The notes: generated by a model from the letters alone, not told the origin. A stretch of DNA of 64,000 nt from the human T2T-CHM13v2.0 reference genome, Homo sapiens (GCF_009914755.1 NC_060945.1), one strand, 5' to 3'. Numbered from the stretch's first letter, positions 24,152 to 39,073 are shown. Numbers and translations are program-made.

Positions 24152-27108
24152 AACTATTGTTTTAAAGGCATCAATATTTTCCAAATTTTCTCACATATTT
24201 AACTTTTCTAGTTAAATATTAAATGTTATATTTTATTTCTAGTTAAATATTAAATGTTAAACATATTTAACATATTTAACATTTCTTTCATGTTTTCATT
24301 TTTGACCATTTTCCGTCAGCTTGAAAAATTTCATTAATATTTTTTGTAGTGCTGGTTTGTTGGCAACAACATTTTTTGAGGAGGGGCTAAAATATCTTTA
24401 TATCATCTTCACTTTTGAAAAATATTTTCTTTAGATACAGAATTTGCGTTGGCAGTTTTAATTTCTTCCCTCTTTTTCTTTTATCACTTTAAAGATGCCA
24501 TTCCATTGCTTTTGTCTGGTAAAATTATCCATAAATCTCATTCTTGCTTTTTGAAGAAGATGTGCCTTTTTTCTATGCCTGGTTTAAAAATCTGTTTCTC
24601 CCCCCCCTTTTTTTTTTTTGAGAAGTTTAAATACGTTTTGCCAAATATGGTTAATTTGCATGTGTCTCTCTTGAGGCTGACTGGGATTCTTGGATCTCTG
24701 GTTGTTGCCTTCATCAGATTTGGAAAAATTCTCATCCATAGCTCTTCAAATATTGTCTCTGTCCCTTTTCTCTTTTTCTGAGATTTCAATTGCGCATGTA
24801 TTTGCCCATGTACTATATTAATTTTTGCCCTATATTTGTTAATACTTAGTTCTTTTCTTTCCATTTCTTTTCTGTCTTCAAGTTGAATTTTTTTCTGTCT
24901 TTATGTACACTAATAATTTCTTTACTGTGTCTAGTCAGCTATTAAACACATTCTAGAGTTTTTAATTCATGTATTTTATATTTTTCAGTTCTAGAATGTT
25001 TCATTTGATTTTTATATTGATTCTAATTGTATGTTAAAATTGTCTTTTCTTTCATTCCGCTCATCGTTTATTCTCTTTTATTTAAATTTATTCGTTAGTT
25101 ATTTTAAAGCTTTTATCTGTTTAGTCCAATGATATCCATAGCTAGGGAGAAGAGGAAGTGTCCTTATATCATCTAATTTTTTTTCATTTTCTTTCGTTAC
25201 GTTTTCCAGTTTATTCAGATGCCTCGTTTCTATACATGTTAGAACTATAGAGAGAGAGAGGTTGATGTTACTTTCCTCTCAAACAAGATTTTCCCTTTTC
25301 TCTTATGCAGGTAGACTGAGAACGAATCATCTCAGTACAACTGGGAATTTAGCCACATAGGGGTTGGATTCCACCGCAAGTAAAAAGTTAGTCCTTCTCT
25401 AAAGTACAGACATGCCCTGTGTTTGTTGCAGACCCCTCCCTCTAGAGGGACTTTATCTTTTAAGCATTTCAAGAAACAGGAGTTCCTTCTCTGCTTTGCA
25501 CCACCTTAGCACTCATGTCTGGGGCTCCTTTAGATTCCCCTGCCAGTGTCCACCGAAAGCTCTGAGGGTTTCTGTTTCTCCTAGAGGAGTTCTTTGCTTA
25601 AATCAAGCTTAATCTTTACTATGTGCACAGATTTGGCAAATGCTGCCATGAAGAAAACTGTTGGTCTCATCTTTCCCAAGAAATATTCCATCTCTGGAAA
25701 CAGTTCATTTAGTCCTCTTTGCATCCTCCCTACTTCGATGTCTTACAAACTTGACTTTGGGATGTATGCATTTTTTTCTATTTGTTGAAGTGGGAGTTGT
25801 AACTTGTACCCTGCCTTCTTCATTCCACTCAGTGGTTAAAATAGACCAAAATTTTAATGAGTTTATTACCTTTTATTGGTCCTGACTGGTACAAATACTG
25901 ATAAAAAGGATTTTAAGATCATATTCATACTTTTGGGGAATGAGAGCCACAATTAATTAACAATGTCTGCCATGAGATTGGATGCAAGAGTATGGCACTC
26001 ATACTATTCCTACTTCTGTCTAATTACACTATTTGTTTCTGTGTGCAAAAATCTTTGGTAGGTGGTGGATGTGCCCAAGACACAGGGAAGAAAAAGAAGT
26101 AAACAGGGAAGTACAACACAGACTCTGAAATGGGGCATCATGGAAGACGGAGCTTTGTCGTCTTGGTCTTTGCTGTATATTCACTTCCTACAACAGTGCT
26201 AAATACCTTGTGGATGCTTAAATATATTAAATGAATGCATAAATGAAAAGAGTAAATAAAGAGTGTATATGAAAGTATGTAGATAAAATTCTTCACTAAG
26301 CCTTGGGGATCCAGCTGCTTAAGGACTAAGACCGTATCTAGCTCCTTTTAGTATTTCCACAGCATGCCATGGAGATACATGTTTCTGATTATATATGATA
26401 CATGGAAATTATATGTTGTTGAATGAGTGATTGAGTAAATGTGTACTAGGGCAGCTAATCATAAATATTTCTACTATTGCTAAAATGACTGGATTTATCC
26501 ATTCCTTCTGAGAGTTTATACTGATTGCTTATATTGTATCAAATACCGTAACTGAGGGCAATGTTTACTCAAACTAATAGCACCATTCAAATTTATGCAA
26601 ACAATAACACTATATCTTTAAAATGTTTTCACTAAAAGCTGCATAAAGAGTGTATTCAACAACAATAGAATAATTTTACAATCTTTTTTCTTGCTTAATG
26701 GCCATTTGTGCCTTCTGACATGCTGCTAGCCATTCAAAGGTCACACTACCTTGAAGTTGAAGATCAAGACAAATGATTAGACTCATAAAAGACAAATCAC
26801 GTCTTTCTGGACAGGTGATTATTAATAATTAATTAGCATTTAAACATGTATTATTTAAGTTCTTTTTAAGTTATAAAGTCTTTGATTTGCTAAACAGTTT
26901 AAATAATGAATAAAACATAAAATAATAATAGTTACCATTTATTTAATTCCATAATAACTGATTTGTATGTATTATAAGCTTTCTTTCTGAAAGCAGAGTT
27001 TGGAGGTGGGTTCATAACTTTCTACAAACAGAAAACTGAGATTTAGAGGGTTAGCTAGGGAAGAATTTAAAATTAGATCCGTCTTATTAAAAAAACAATC
27101 TATGTTCT

Positions 27109-27569
27109 TGTCTTAGTCAGCTTGGGCCTCCATAACAAAATACAATGGACTGTTGGCTTCAAAAACTGAAACTTATTTTCTCACAGTTTTGGTGGCTGGT
27201 GGGTCAGAGATCAAGGTGTTGGCCAAATGTGTTTTTTTTTTTTTTTTTGAGGATTCTCTTCCTGGCTCACAAATGGCTGCTTTCCTTGTCATTGATGACT
27301 TGATACAGAGGGGGAGAGGGAGAGAGAGAGAGAGCAAAGTGTGTGTTTGTGTGTGTGTCTCTGTGTGTGTTTATATTAGAGAGAGAGAGAGACAGAGATC
27401 TTACACTTTTTATAAGGTCACAGTCTTGTGGTATTAGTACCTCATTTTTATGACCTCATTTAACCTTAATTACCTCCTAGAGCCTTTATCGCCAGATACA
27501 GTCACATTTCACATCGAAGGTTTGGGCTTCGACATATAAATTCTGTGGGATACAATTCAGTCCATAGCA
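27109..27569 (-). mobile_element. MaLR LTR (MLT1A-like) with internal GA/GT compound microsatellite
   Basis: tgtcttagtcagcttgggc...caattcagtccatagca. Confidence 0.8.
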
Positions 27570-30500
27570 ATTCTGAAGCACTATAATATACTCTTTTAAT
27601 TTTTAAATAAAGATGGAATTATTTAATATGTTATCTTTCAGTTGCCTTCTGGGTGTGATTTACATTGTGACTTATATATAATACTAACTCCCTGAAAAAC
27701 TCTCTGACACATAATATCTGTTGAATTAAGGAGTGAATCCCATCCCTAAAAAGAACAAGTTTATGATAATGCAGATGTGTGTTCTTGTATGATTTTCATT
27801 TTTTTTTTTTTTGGTCTCCAAAGTATATATTATGCACTATTTCCAATGCAAATGATACCCTTTAAGTTTTCTTTCTAGCAACTCTAGAATTCGGAGAATA
27901 AGCCTAAACTCAGCTTTGGTTTCCTAGACTTAATTATGTCTTAAATATGAGACTTCAGTAGTCTAATTCTCTTTTCATCTTCATTGTTTCTCACTCCACC
28001 AAAACAATATTTAGCCTCAGCAAGATCTTTAGATTTTGGATATGACTTTAGAATATATAAATAAATACTATTCCAATGGCTAAAATTATTTTTCAAAGCT
28101 GGACTAGTACAGAATTACAATGGATTATAGAATATGGAAATGTATCAGCTTTCAGGTGGTTTTCTCTTTTCAACAAAGAAAGCCTTAATAAAAATGGTAT
28201 TTTCAAAGAACTTACTTAGTTTTTCTGAACACAATGCTATGGCCTTACATTTTTGCCTGATATGATGAAATTCAATAACATCACAAAATAAAAGAGTTTT
28301 CTAGACTCACCTCCATACAGGTTGGAGACAAAGGAAAGAAGGGAAATTATGTCAAGATGTTCACGTCTTTTTGTCCTAATCAAATGATCTGATTCAAATG
28401 TTTTTACAGTAACATATCTGACATTTTGGTAATAGGTGTTGAAGTGCTTGCCTAAATTTAGATCAAATTAACTATACTATATACAGCAATATTCTTTTGA
28501 TTCAAATTGGGAGGAAACCCACGAACTTGAAACAGAATAGGATCTGTTGCCTAGTACAGCAGAAAGAATTCTGAGTGAGCTATTAGAAAAGAGTTCCAGG
28601 GTCAGTTGTGTGACATTGATTACATGACTCTTACATGTAAACATTGATAACATGACACTGATAACATCTCTTTAGCAGATATGGCCTTGGATATTCCTTT
28701 CTTTCTTTGAAAATGTAATTTCATTCCTCCCTCCTTTCTCCCTCTTCCTTTTCCTGCCTTCCTTTCCTCCACAAATAGTTGTACAACTACCATTTCTTAG
28801 GCACTGTGAATACAGTAAGGAACCAGAACGATAGGATTCCTGAGCTCAGGGAGCTTATAGCCCAATCAGAGGAGCCCAGACCTTTAACAACTAGTTGCCA
28901 AAATAATGATGTGATTTTAAGTATGATAACTGCTTCAAAGAAAAGATTTACATTGGTGGAAAGGGGGCTTTTGTGTATGATTTTATGTTTTTGTGTATAC
29001 ACCTTTACTCTCATGTATTAAAGGGAAGTCCTTCCATCTTTTTTTTTTTTTCCTGTAAAGAGAGAGAGATTTAATTGGTAATGGGCCAAAATTTTAATAA
29101 AGAAAATAATACTTGTAATGCAGTCTACAGCTAATGTTAACCTTTTAAATCTATTTTTAGTAAAATTCGTTTTCTCTTTTCCTAAAAAAATTCTTTTGCC
29201 AGATTCTAGGGATAGGCATAAGCTTATTTCAGTGCCATCTACTTTAAGAATTTCAAATGTTAGCAATGACTTATTTTATTTACGAAGATGATGAGCTCAG
29301 AGGACTAGGTGAAATATATGAGGCCTAGGTTTCTCTTTTTTGTAAAGTGATTTTTTCCCTTGAATTTTAGGCCAGCTAAAAACATTTTCTTTATATAGCT
29401 CATTGTAAACAATGTAAACACAGCAGTGTGTAAAGTTAGAAAACAACTCCTTTCAAACAACCCAACTTCCCCATGTGGTGTTTTGACTTTTTTTTCCTGC
29501 ATAGACATATATAACATAGCTATGCATTTTTATTAACAGAAATTTGTTAATATTGTATATATTCTATAATTTGCTCACCTCCCTTAACAATATGTCATGG
29601 ATATCTTTCCATATAGTTGTACATAATCCTGTTTCAGTCTAATACCTACATAATTTCCCATTACACTAATGTACTGTAATTTGTTTAAACAATATCTCTT
29701 ATTGGAGACTAGGGTTATTTCCAGTTTCTTAGTATTATTCTTATGTAATAAAATCCTTCTATGTCTGTCCTTCCTTTTTCTACCATTATTTCTGTGTATC
29801 ACTTACTAGCACATAGGACAGAGAAGCTGTTTTGCACCCAGGGTACTATAAGAGCATGCTCCACTCCTAAATTATTCTAATTACTCTGTGGTTTGCTTCT
29901 GGGCCTGCTCACATTTTCAAACTCTGCTGTCCTTGAAGATCTTTTTTCTCTAGGGGTGATTCAGAAAATTGGTTCAACTTCTGCTCTGGACACTACCTTC
30001 TTTTCCTGTTGAATTACTGATTTCTTAACTCAATTTTGTTTTCATGCCCTTCTTATGTTTTATACATACAAAATTATAAATGTATAAATAATAAAAAGAA
30101 TAAAACATAATATATAATATATATTTAAGTTGTGAAGCAAAATAATAAAATGAACACTAGTGAATCCCTCCTCCCATATTGAGAAGTCTGTCAACACAAT
30201 TCTGAATACCACTGAGCCTACCAATGTGTTTCTTTTCTATCCTTTTCTATTCCTGCCTCCCTCTCAGAGGCGAATTTTATGTCTACCATTTTCTTTATTA
30301 AAAAAGTTTTATCATATATGATGCATTCCTAAACAATTCATTATTTACTTTTAGTTTTGAGTTATCTAAAAGGCCCCACACTGGCATCATACAGTTAGGG
30401 ATTGCTCAGAAAAGCAGAAAGTATGTGAGTGATATAGACCAAGGGACTAGAATGTAGGCAGTTATGGAACTGATTAGCCAGTATATGTAGTCTTTTTGTT

Positions 30501-31292
30501 TGTTTGTTTTTGCCTGTCTCAGCTCACAGCCAGCTGTCCCTGAGTCTGGAGTTAAAGCTGGAGTAAAGGTGGAGAGACCAAGGAGACACACCTGTCTCTC
30601 ATGACCTCCAATCTTGATGATGTAGGTAACTTGACAGAGAAGATGATTCTCTTCACCACAGAGCTGAGCCACACCTGGCCAGAATCAGGGAAGGTGAAGG
30701 AAGAGATCTGGAGGGATTTGGGGAAGCTGCAGGGCGGGCTGCTGTCCTCTGCCAAGATCAGTGACAACGTGTGTGAGCTGCAACTGCACATGAATGTTAC
30801 CAACCTTCTGAGACTTAAAATTTTCACCTTCTAAATCTTAGACAAATTTCTTTTGTAGTAATGTTATTTCGAAATCACGCTGAGAAAGCACTACTGGGCC
30901 ATGTAATTCCAAATTAGTTATATTGACAAAGTGGCAAGGTATCCACACTTTATAGATTTCTGTGACTTTTTCTCTCAATATTTACATTGCAAGTTGTTTT
31001 TTGTAGCTATATGTCTTTAATTTTCATTAGTCTATTATAGTCCATTATGTGAAAAATCTCAAATGTATTTTTCCATTATCTTGTTTATGGACATTTCAAT
31101 TGCTTTTAGTGTTTTGCTATTATGAAGAATGCTACTGTGGATATTCTTCTATATTTCTCGTGATGTAATTGTGCAAGCATTTCTCTACGGCTTAGAAATA
31201 GGAGAACTGATGTCCAACTTTACAAAATGGTACCAAATTGTTTTCCAAAGTTCTTTTTATGAAATTTATACTTCCACCAATGCCATGTAGAC

Positions 31293-32276
31293 TTTTTATT
31301 GATACATAATAATTGTAAATGTTTATGGAGTACTTGTGATATTTTGATGCGTGCAATGTTTGATGATCAAACCAGGGTTTCTAGGCTATCCATCACCTCA
31401 ACCATTTATCATTTCTTTATGTTCGGAACATTTCAAATCTTCCCCTCTAGCTATTTTGAAATACACATTAGATTACTATTAATTGTAGTCAGTCAACTGT
31501 GCTATCAAACACTAGAATTTATTCCTTCTATCCCATGTTTGTACCCATTAACCAACCTCTCTTCATCCCCATTCCCTTCCCAGCCTCTAGTAACCATCAT
31601 TCTACTCTCTACCTCCATAAGAGGTAGCTCCCACAGATGAGTGCTAACAGTGATATGTGTCTTTCTGTGCCTGGTTTATTTCACATAACATAACGACCTC
31701 CAGTTCCATTGATGTTGCTGCAAATAGGATTTTATTTTTTATGGCTGAATAGTATTCCATTCATCCTGTACAATTGGGAAACTATTTGCAAATTATTCAT
31801 TGAACAATGTACTAATATCCAGAATATGTAAGTAACTCAAACAGCTCAATGACAAAAAAACAAATAATCCCATCAAAAAGTGGGCAAAGGATCTTAATAG
31901 ACATTTCTTAAAAGAAGACATACAAATGACAACAGGTATATGAAAAAATACTCAACATCACTAATCATCAGGGAAATGCAAATAAAAGACAATGAGATAT
32001 CATCTCACCTCTGGTAAAATGGCCGTTATTAGAAAGACAAAAAATGACAAGTGCTGGTGAAGATGAGGAGAAGGTGGAACTTTTATACACTGTTGGTGGA
32101 AATATAAATTAGTATAACCATTATGGAAAACAGTATGAAAGATTCTCAAAAAACTAAAAAAAGAACTATTGTATGCTCCAGCAATTCCACTAGTGGGTAC
32201 TTATCCAGCAGACAGGAAATCAGTCATCAAAAGAATACCTGCACCCCCATGTTTTATATTGGCACTATTCACAATA
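31293..32276 (-). mobile_element. 5'-inverted (twin-primed) L1MA/PB nested in an older L1
   Basis: Minus-strand 3' end at 31293-31765 joined to a plus-strand ORF2 segment at 31766-32280; TSD gcca(tg/ca)tagactttt. Confidence 0.85.
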
Positions 32277-34149
32277 GCCACATAGACTTTTAATTGAGCT
32301 ACATACTTGCCAACACTTAGCATTTATCATGCTGGTCAATATTTTCTAGTCTGATGAAAGTAAAATGACATCTGTTTGTGATATTTATTTGCATTTTTCT
32401 AATTGTTAATGAAATTAAATAATTTTTCATAAGTTTACTCTCCATTTTTTATTTTCTATAAATGCTTGTTCATGTAAATTTTCTCATTTTTCTAATTTTT
32501 TTCTTTCCAATTTTAGGAATTCTTTATATATTTTGGTTACTAATGTTTTACAAGTTATACATGTTGCAAATGTCTCTATGGCTTATTTTTAAATATCTTT
32601 GTAATATCTTTAAATGACATAAGTTTTTAATTATATAATGTGGTCAATTTTATGATTAGTACCTTTTGTATCATTTAAAATCTCCTAACCTACCCTGAGT
32701 CATTAATACATTCTTCTATTTTATCTTTTTTAACTTTCATATTTGGGCCTTTAATCAACCTGGAACTGATTTGTGCATGTAGTGTGCTGTAAGGATCCTA
32801 TTTTTCCCCCATATTTATAACTATGAGCCAACACTATTAGTGAATAGTCTAATTTCTGCAATGTTTTGCATGGCTATCTCTATCACATATTAAATTTTAA
32901 TACTCACAAGTCTGTTTTTGAGCTCTCTATTTTGTTTTACTGGCCAATTGATCTAATACTGTTTTAATTATTATATTTTTATAATAGTTTATGCTGTTAA
33001 TCAGGACAAAGATCTTCACTTTTTCTCTCTTCTTCATGAGTGTGTTGACTATTTTTCTTCCTTTTATTATTTATGTCAGTTTTAGAAAAAAATTTTTAAG
33101 ATGATTCAACTTGATTCTGAGCAACCAACCTGGCTTTATATTAAGCCTGTCGTAGGCCCCTGGCTACATCTGTGATTTTCGAGTTTATCTTCGCTGTTTC
33201 ATTACTGGCCCAGGATTTGGAGTGATGATCTTGGCATTTGCTCCAAAGGCATCACTGTCTCTTGGAGATTCTTTTGTTTTTTCTTTTTGAGTTTTAGCAA
33301 ACTTATTTTATTTTTTGTCCCTTACAGGTTTGCCTGAAATTCTCAGTAGCCCAGCATGCAATAAAAACAATGTTTCATGGAAGCTCTTTTTTTTTCCCTA
33401 GTGAGAGGGAGCTTTGCATATGTAATATACAATTCTAGAAGTTCTCCAGATTTCTTATGTTGTAAACTTAAAACTCTGAGCCAAAAATATCATATTTTGA
33501 ATTAACTGTTGACCTCAGAAATGACAATTTTTACTTGTGAGTTAGGGTAGGTGAAAGTGACTGAACACCTTAACTTCTGTCATTTCCTCTCTACTGTACA
33601 TTATTGCAGAACTGGAAAGAACTTTACAGCTAAATAGTGAACAGCCCTTAACTTTCTTTCTCTCTTATTTAGAAGCTATAAACCAGAGATGATTTGTTTT
33701 CCAGATAAGGATATACTAATCAATAGTAGTGAAAAGCCATGCCAAAATGAGAGAGGCAGCCTAGTAAAATCTCTATGTCAGTTATTTATGTCAAGAGCAT
33801 TTAAAAAGTAGGCCAGAATGTAGAGTAGCTTGAATTATATCCTTCAAACAAAGAAGTAATTAAAACAAACAAATATAAAACAAAAACCTAGCAGGAGGAT
33901 TATCATGTTGTTAACTATTATTCAATGTCAGGCTTCATAATGACTCTAGGATACTGAGAATGAATTTTGAAATTATTAATTGAAACTCTGCCATTTGAAT
34001 TTCTAGCAAGATCTTTCTATCAATACTTATCATTTTCACCATAGTAGTCCACTAACATTTTGGCATGCAATCGTTTGGATGTAGTTTGAAGTGGCCTTCA
34101 ATGTTGACATTTAGCTTCTTAAGAATGAAACAGGGACAGGTGTCCTCAC

Positions 34150-34400
34150 CAGATAGGCCAGGTGGGATCATGCAAAAAGCAGAATCTTTGGAGCCAGACA
34201 GACCTGCCTTCACATGCCAATACACAATCTGAGAGAACATTCTCCAGGTCTTGTGAGCCTCAGGCAACTCAGCTACAAAAATTGGGATCACAATCCCTTC
34301 TTTGCAGGGCTGTTGCAAGAATGACATAAGAGAAAACCTTTTTTATGCTTAGCAACTAATAGGCACTCATTAATAGTAGCATAGTTATCATTATAACTCT
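34150..34400 (+). mobile_element. MIR
   Basis: tttggagccagacagacctg...gagcctcag...gggctgttgcaagaat. Confidence 0.7.
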
Positions 34401-35959
34401 TATCATTATTAGTGTCTACTTTAGATTCTTGTGTAATTCAGGACAAATTCTTCACCTTTTCCTAAGCAGGATTAGATAATAAAAAGAGACAATAACCATT
34501 CATTTGCCTTGAGCAATATTTTTCCTTTGATCAGGGAGTGGAGCAAAAGAGGTAGATGGGTAGGTATGGGGTCTCATTACTTTGTTGGTTATCCATAGAA
34601 ATTAAATGTATTGCTTAGCTTTCTTTCTCATTTATTGTTGGCGTAGACACCAAGTATATAATTTAATTATCATATTGCATGTATGAAATTATATATGAAC
34701 CATTTTCCTTGTAGCTGAAGTTTGAATCCGAATATTATTAGCAAAGTTACCCAAGTGGAGCCAATCCATATTAGACCACTTACGCTAAAGGCTGCTGCCA
34801 AACTAATCTTTTTTAAATAGTGGATTTATCAAATCTCTCTCTTTGAATTTATAAAAACTCATCTTTTTAATGTCCTGATGCATCAAATCTAAACTCTTCT
34901 GCCAGGCTTTCAAGAATTTCCCTACACTGATCCCGTTCTTTTTAGCGAAATATTTTTTGCTATTCCCTCAGTCCAATCTCTGCCTTTAGTGAGATATATT
35001 CTCTTCCCAGAAACCAGTTGTCACCAGGCTTTGCTTCTTTCCTATTGCTTGTGTTCTTCCCTTTTCCTGAAATAACTTTCGCTGAGATTTCCATGTACTC
35101 AGGTCCAGCCTGGGATTCACATGCCCTTTCAGTACTAATTTCCACCATGAACATTTCCCTAACTAGTTTCTAGATATCCCAACTGTCATGTAGAAACTTT
35201 TACATGACTTTGGGTCTTCATGTTATGTAGTTCATAACTAAGTGCTGACTTTTCTCATACATTATTATTTATGTGAAATAAAGTGGTCTATACAATTAGA
35301 ATGTGGGTGCCTTGAAAATAGATTATCTTACAGTTCTGTATCTCTTATAATTCTAAGCACAGTATTGAGCACAGAGTGTTAATAACTACCTGTTAATTAC
35401 TGAGCTAACTGATTTGGTAAACACCTTTTACATTTGCCCCCATTGTGAATTTAGCCATGTACAATATTTAACTTACTAAGTTAATTTACACTACATGCCA
35501 TTTTAGATTCTGATTGTGATTATTGGTCCCTGGAATATTTTTAAAATCTTTGTTTTCAAAATATGAAATTGGAGGGTGCTAAATAAAACCCAAATTATAT
35601 TTTTCTTGCCAAAAGTATATTATCCATAATGTCTTAATTAACTTGAATTATTTAAGGAAAAGGGCTGTATTCTCACTAAGTCAAGATTCTCTTAGGGATA
35701 GGAGACCCAACTTATCCTACATAATCACCCGATTAGTCTTCACGTTTGATCCCTCTTAAGTACTATTCTGGTTGCTATGGACACACCCCATCAATCTTGA
35801 TAATTTTATAACATTAAGAGAAAACAAACCCATATTTATTAGTGGCTTATTATAAGATAAACTTTAAATGTTTCTAGATAATATTTGCATTTCTTTTCTA
35901 AAACAAATATCCTAATCTGGCATCTTAGATATATCTGTTTTATAATTTTTTTCATCTGT

Positions 35960-36121
35960 TTTTTTTTTTTATTGCTTTTCTTTTCATTTCTTTTTTTGAG
36001 ACAGGAGCTGGCTCTATCACCCAGGCTGGAGTGCAGTGGCGCGATCTGGGCTCACTGCAGCCTTTGCCTCCTGGGCTTAAGTAATCCTCCCATCTCATCC
36101 TCTCAACAGGCGCAGCTAAGT

Positions 36122-36152
<31 letters not shown>

Positions 36153-36283
36153 GTATTTTTTTTGTAGAGATGGGGTTTCACCATGTTGCGCAGGCTGATC
36201 TCAAACTCCTGGGCTCAAGTGATCTGCCTGCCTCAGCCTCCCAGAGTGCTAGGATTACAGACATGAGCTACCACACCCAGCCT
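35960..36283 (-). mobile_element. AluJ with internal deletion
   Basis: ctcctgggctcaagtgatctgcc J diagnostics. Confidence 0.88.
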
Positions 36284-36884
36284 CATCTTTTTGATTACCG
36301 TATTATTCTGTACTTTCAGAAAACAAAACTGTTTCTTTTTTCTGGTTAAGGAGTTGTTTGATAGACTTTAGTCTGACTTTTAGTGGCTTATTACACAAAG
36401 CAGATTTGATTTAATATATATTAAAATGACATTATCAAAGTTGTCTTGCTGGCAGAAGTTTTTCTCCAGATTCAGTGTGATAACTACACTCCGTTGATTT
36501 AATTATTATCATTTTGGTATGAATCTCCTGTCATGTTTATGCTGTGAATTTTCAAGAGATTAGAGACTGTCTGTGGGAGTAGGAGGTAAAAAGTGAATGA
36601 GCAAATGTATTTTGAGTGTTTGAACAGTGAAATATACAGTGACCAGCAGGTGTCTCTGTTACACAATGCAGATGAGATTCTCAAAGCTTTTCTAATATTA
36701 ATCCTACCTTCTCCATCTAACTGAATTCACTTTTCAATTTTAACATTTACATTTGCTTTCTTCTTCAACAACATATAAAGAAACTCTTACCTCTCTCATA
36801 TCTTTAATCAGGGCTCTGTTTTTATTTTCTTAAAATGCTGTATCCAAGATTATTTCTTAGTGTCTAACTTCTACCCTCTTTTTA

Positions 36885-37049
36885 AATGTTTATTTTAATT
36901 TTTTCTTTAAAATTTTTTTAAAAAAATATAATAGAGACAGGCTTTCACCATGTTGCCCAGGTTGGTCTCAAACTCCTGGACTCAAGGGATTCACCTGCCT
37001 CATCCTTCCAAAGTTCTGACATTATAGGTGTGAGCCACTATTCCCAGCC
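36885..37049 (-). mobile_element. FLAM_C/AluJ left monomer
   Basis: agagacaggctttcaccatgttgcccagg...gagccactattcccagcc; TSD-like ctaccc(t/a)ctt. Confidence 0.82.
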
Positions 37050-38676
37050 TCTACCCACTTTGTCTAAGTTTATTTTGCACCATTTTATAGAATGAGGGCT
37101 GGCTTAAGATCTTTATTTAGAAGCCCTAAGCACTGAAAAGTTTGCAATATCATATCTCCTCATATGTTAATTAAATAAAAAATAGTAAATTATAAAGAAA
37201 TTGTAAGGAAGTTTGACAAAGTTTAAGATAACTAAAAGTTAAATAACAACTACAGCAGTGTTTTCTTAATATATCAAATGTATTTTTCTTAGAAGTTTGG
37301 GGAAAATATCTGATAATCCTATTTTTAGGGAATTTCTAAATTTAGTTTGCCTTTTGTATAACCTATGACTGTATAAAATGAAAAGCCTAGACAGAACCAA
37401 GAATTATGCAAAATACCCCTGCCAAGAATTTAAGTCACAGACCAGGCATGTATGAATGGATGAAGGGGGACAAGAGACAGCCAAAGGAAAGCAGAGGAGT
37501 GAAAGAGTACATCTAGACACTGCCAGTGGGCATATAATTTCTACTTTCTTTCTAATAAAAATGAAATCTAACACTTACTCACAGTTTATTATGTGCTAAA
37601 CTTTGTATATACTCTCTTATTTTTCCCTCACAATGGCCCTGCTAAATTGTTGCTGTGATTAATCCCGTAGTAAAATGAATAAACTGAGGCTGAGAGATTA
37701 ATTCCAAAAGGTTATACAGTCAGAAATCTGCTAACATTTTAAATCCCTATATTGTATTTTGAGAAGGTAGTTCGACACAATATTTGCTTTTCAACTAAAA
37801 TTTTGCATATGTTTGGCTTAGCATTTGTAAGATTTTTACTAAAGAAATAATAGTGGATAAGTGCAAAAGAGATCTTTGGAGTTTTTATTATAGACTTTCA
37901 TTACATTGAAATTCCTGATTAATGCTATGGAACCAGACTGACTAACTCTTACAAAAATGTATTTGTTAAGAGGCTCCCAGGAAGTCTCCAGAAGAATGGG
38001 AAACAGATTCAGTGGGACTCAAGTTATCAAGGAGGAAGAGGCAAGAAGCACAGTTACAGGCTTGTAGCCAGCAGAGCTGGTTAGGATGCCCTCAGAACTC
38101 CATCCCTGTTGGGATGAACAACCTCTAACATTTCCCCCCCGTACTTGATTCAAAGCTCAAGGTTCTAAGTCCCAGGAGAGGGCCTCCAACTGGCCAAATT
38201 TAGGTCACATGCTAACACCAGGATGTACAGTAATGAGGAGAGAGAATTTATTTCCACTGGCTTCTGTAGTAGCAGGTGATCACCCAGAATTCTTCTCTGC
38301 TAATACTTAAAACAGTGAGAAAGAACTGCCTCCTTTGTTGAAAATTAAGGTTTTATGGGGACTCGACAATGAAGCTGGGCAGACAAAAAAAAAAGTTAGG
38401 GGGTAAGTGAGGTGACAAATGACCACTACAACACTTTAACAGTATAAAATTGAAGCATCCTGCAATTGAGGACTAATTAAATCATGTAACATCAATATAA
38501 TAAAATACAAATAAGCAACTACAAATGAAATTATAGAAAACTATTTACTTATTTATTTTTATTTTAAATTTTTGTGGGTACATAGTAGGTGCATATATTT
38601 ATAGGGAACACGAAATATTTTGATTCAGGCATAAAATGCATAACAATCACTCCAGGGCAAATAAGGTATCCATCAG

Positions 38677-39073
38677 TAATATAGTTGGGATATTTGTCTG
38701 CCCAAATCTCATGTTGAAATGTAATTCCCAATGTTAGAAGTGGAGCCTGGTGGGAGATATTGGGATCATGGGGGTGGATCCCCCATGAGTGGCTTGGGCC
38801 ATCCCCTTGGTGACAAGTGTGCTCTTGCTCTGAGTTCACACAAGATCTAGTCGTTTAAAAGTGTGTGGCACCTCCCCCAACCCACTCACTCTCTCTTGCT
38901 CCTGCTTTTGCCAGGTGATATGCCTGCTCCTCTGTGCCTTCCTCCAGGAAGCAGATGCTGTTATGCTTCCTGTACGTATAGCTTGCAGAACCATGAGCCA
39001 GTTAAACCTCTTTTTTTATAAATTACTCAGTCTCAGGCATTTCTTTATAGCAAAGCCAGAACAGCCTAGCACA
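38677..39073 (+). mobile_element. MSTB-type MaLR solo LTR
   Basis: caaatctcatgttgaaatgtaattccc...acagcctagcaca; TSD atca(g/t). Confidence 0.85.

Larger units (their letters stand above)
22330..25300 (-). mobile_element. Old L1 (L1M) ORF1/ORF2-EN remnants with nested insertions
   Basis: ORF-track fragments ETIFEELWMRIFPNLMK (ORF1-like) and THFSHRYGIFTKTEYILD (EN-like). Confidence 0.7.

Noticed and set aside
25850-28700. Apparently unique intergenic stretches as hidden exons or RNA genes
   Set aside because: No supportable ORF, splice pattern, tRNA or snoRNA structure seen; conservation data would be needed.
30390-30920. GC-richer insert with overlapping short ORFs
   Set aside because: Probably an old ERVL-type LTR within an L1; I could not assign a family and saw no coding signal.
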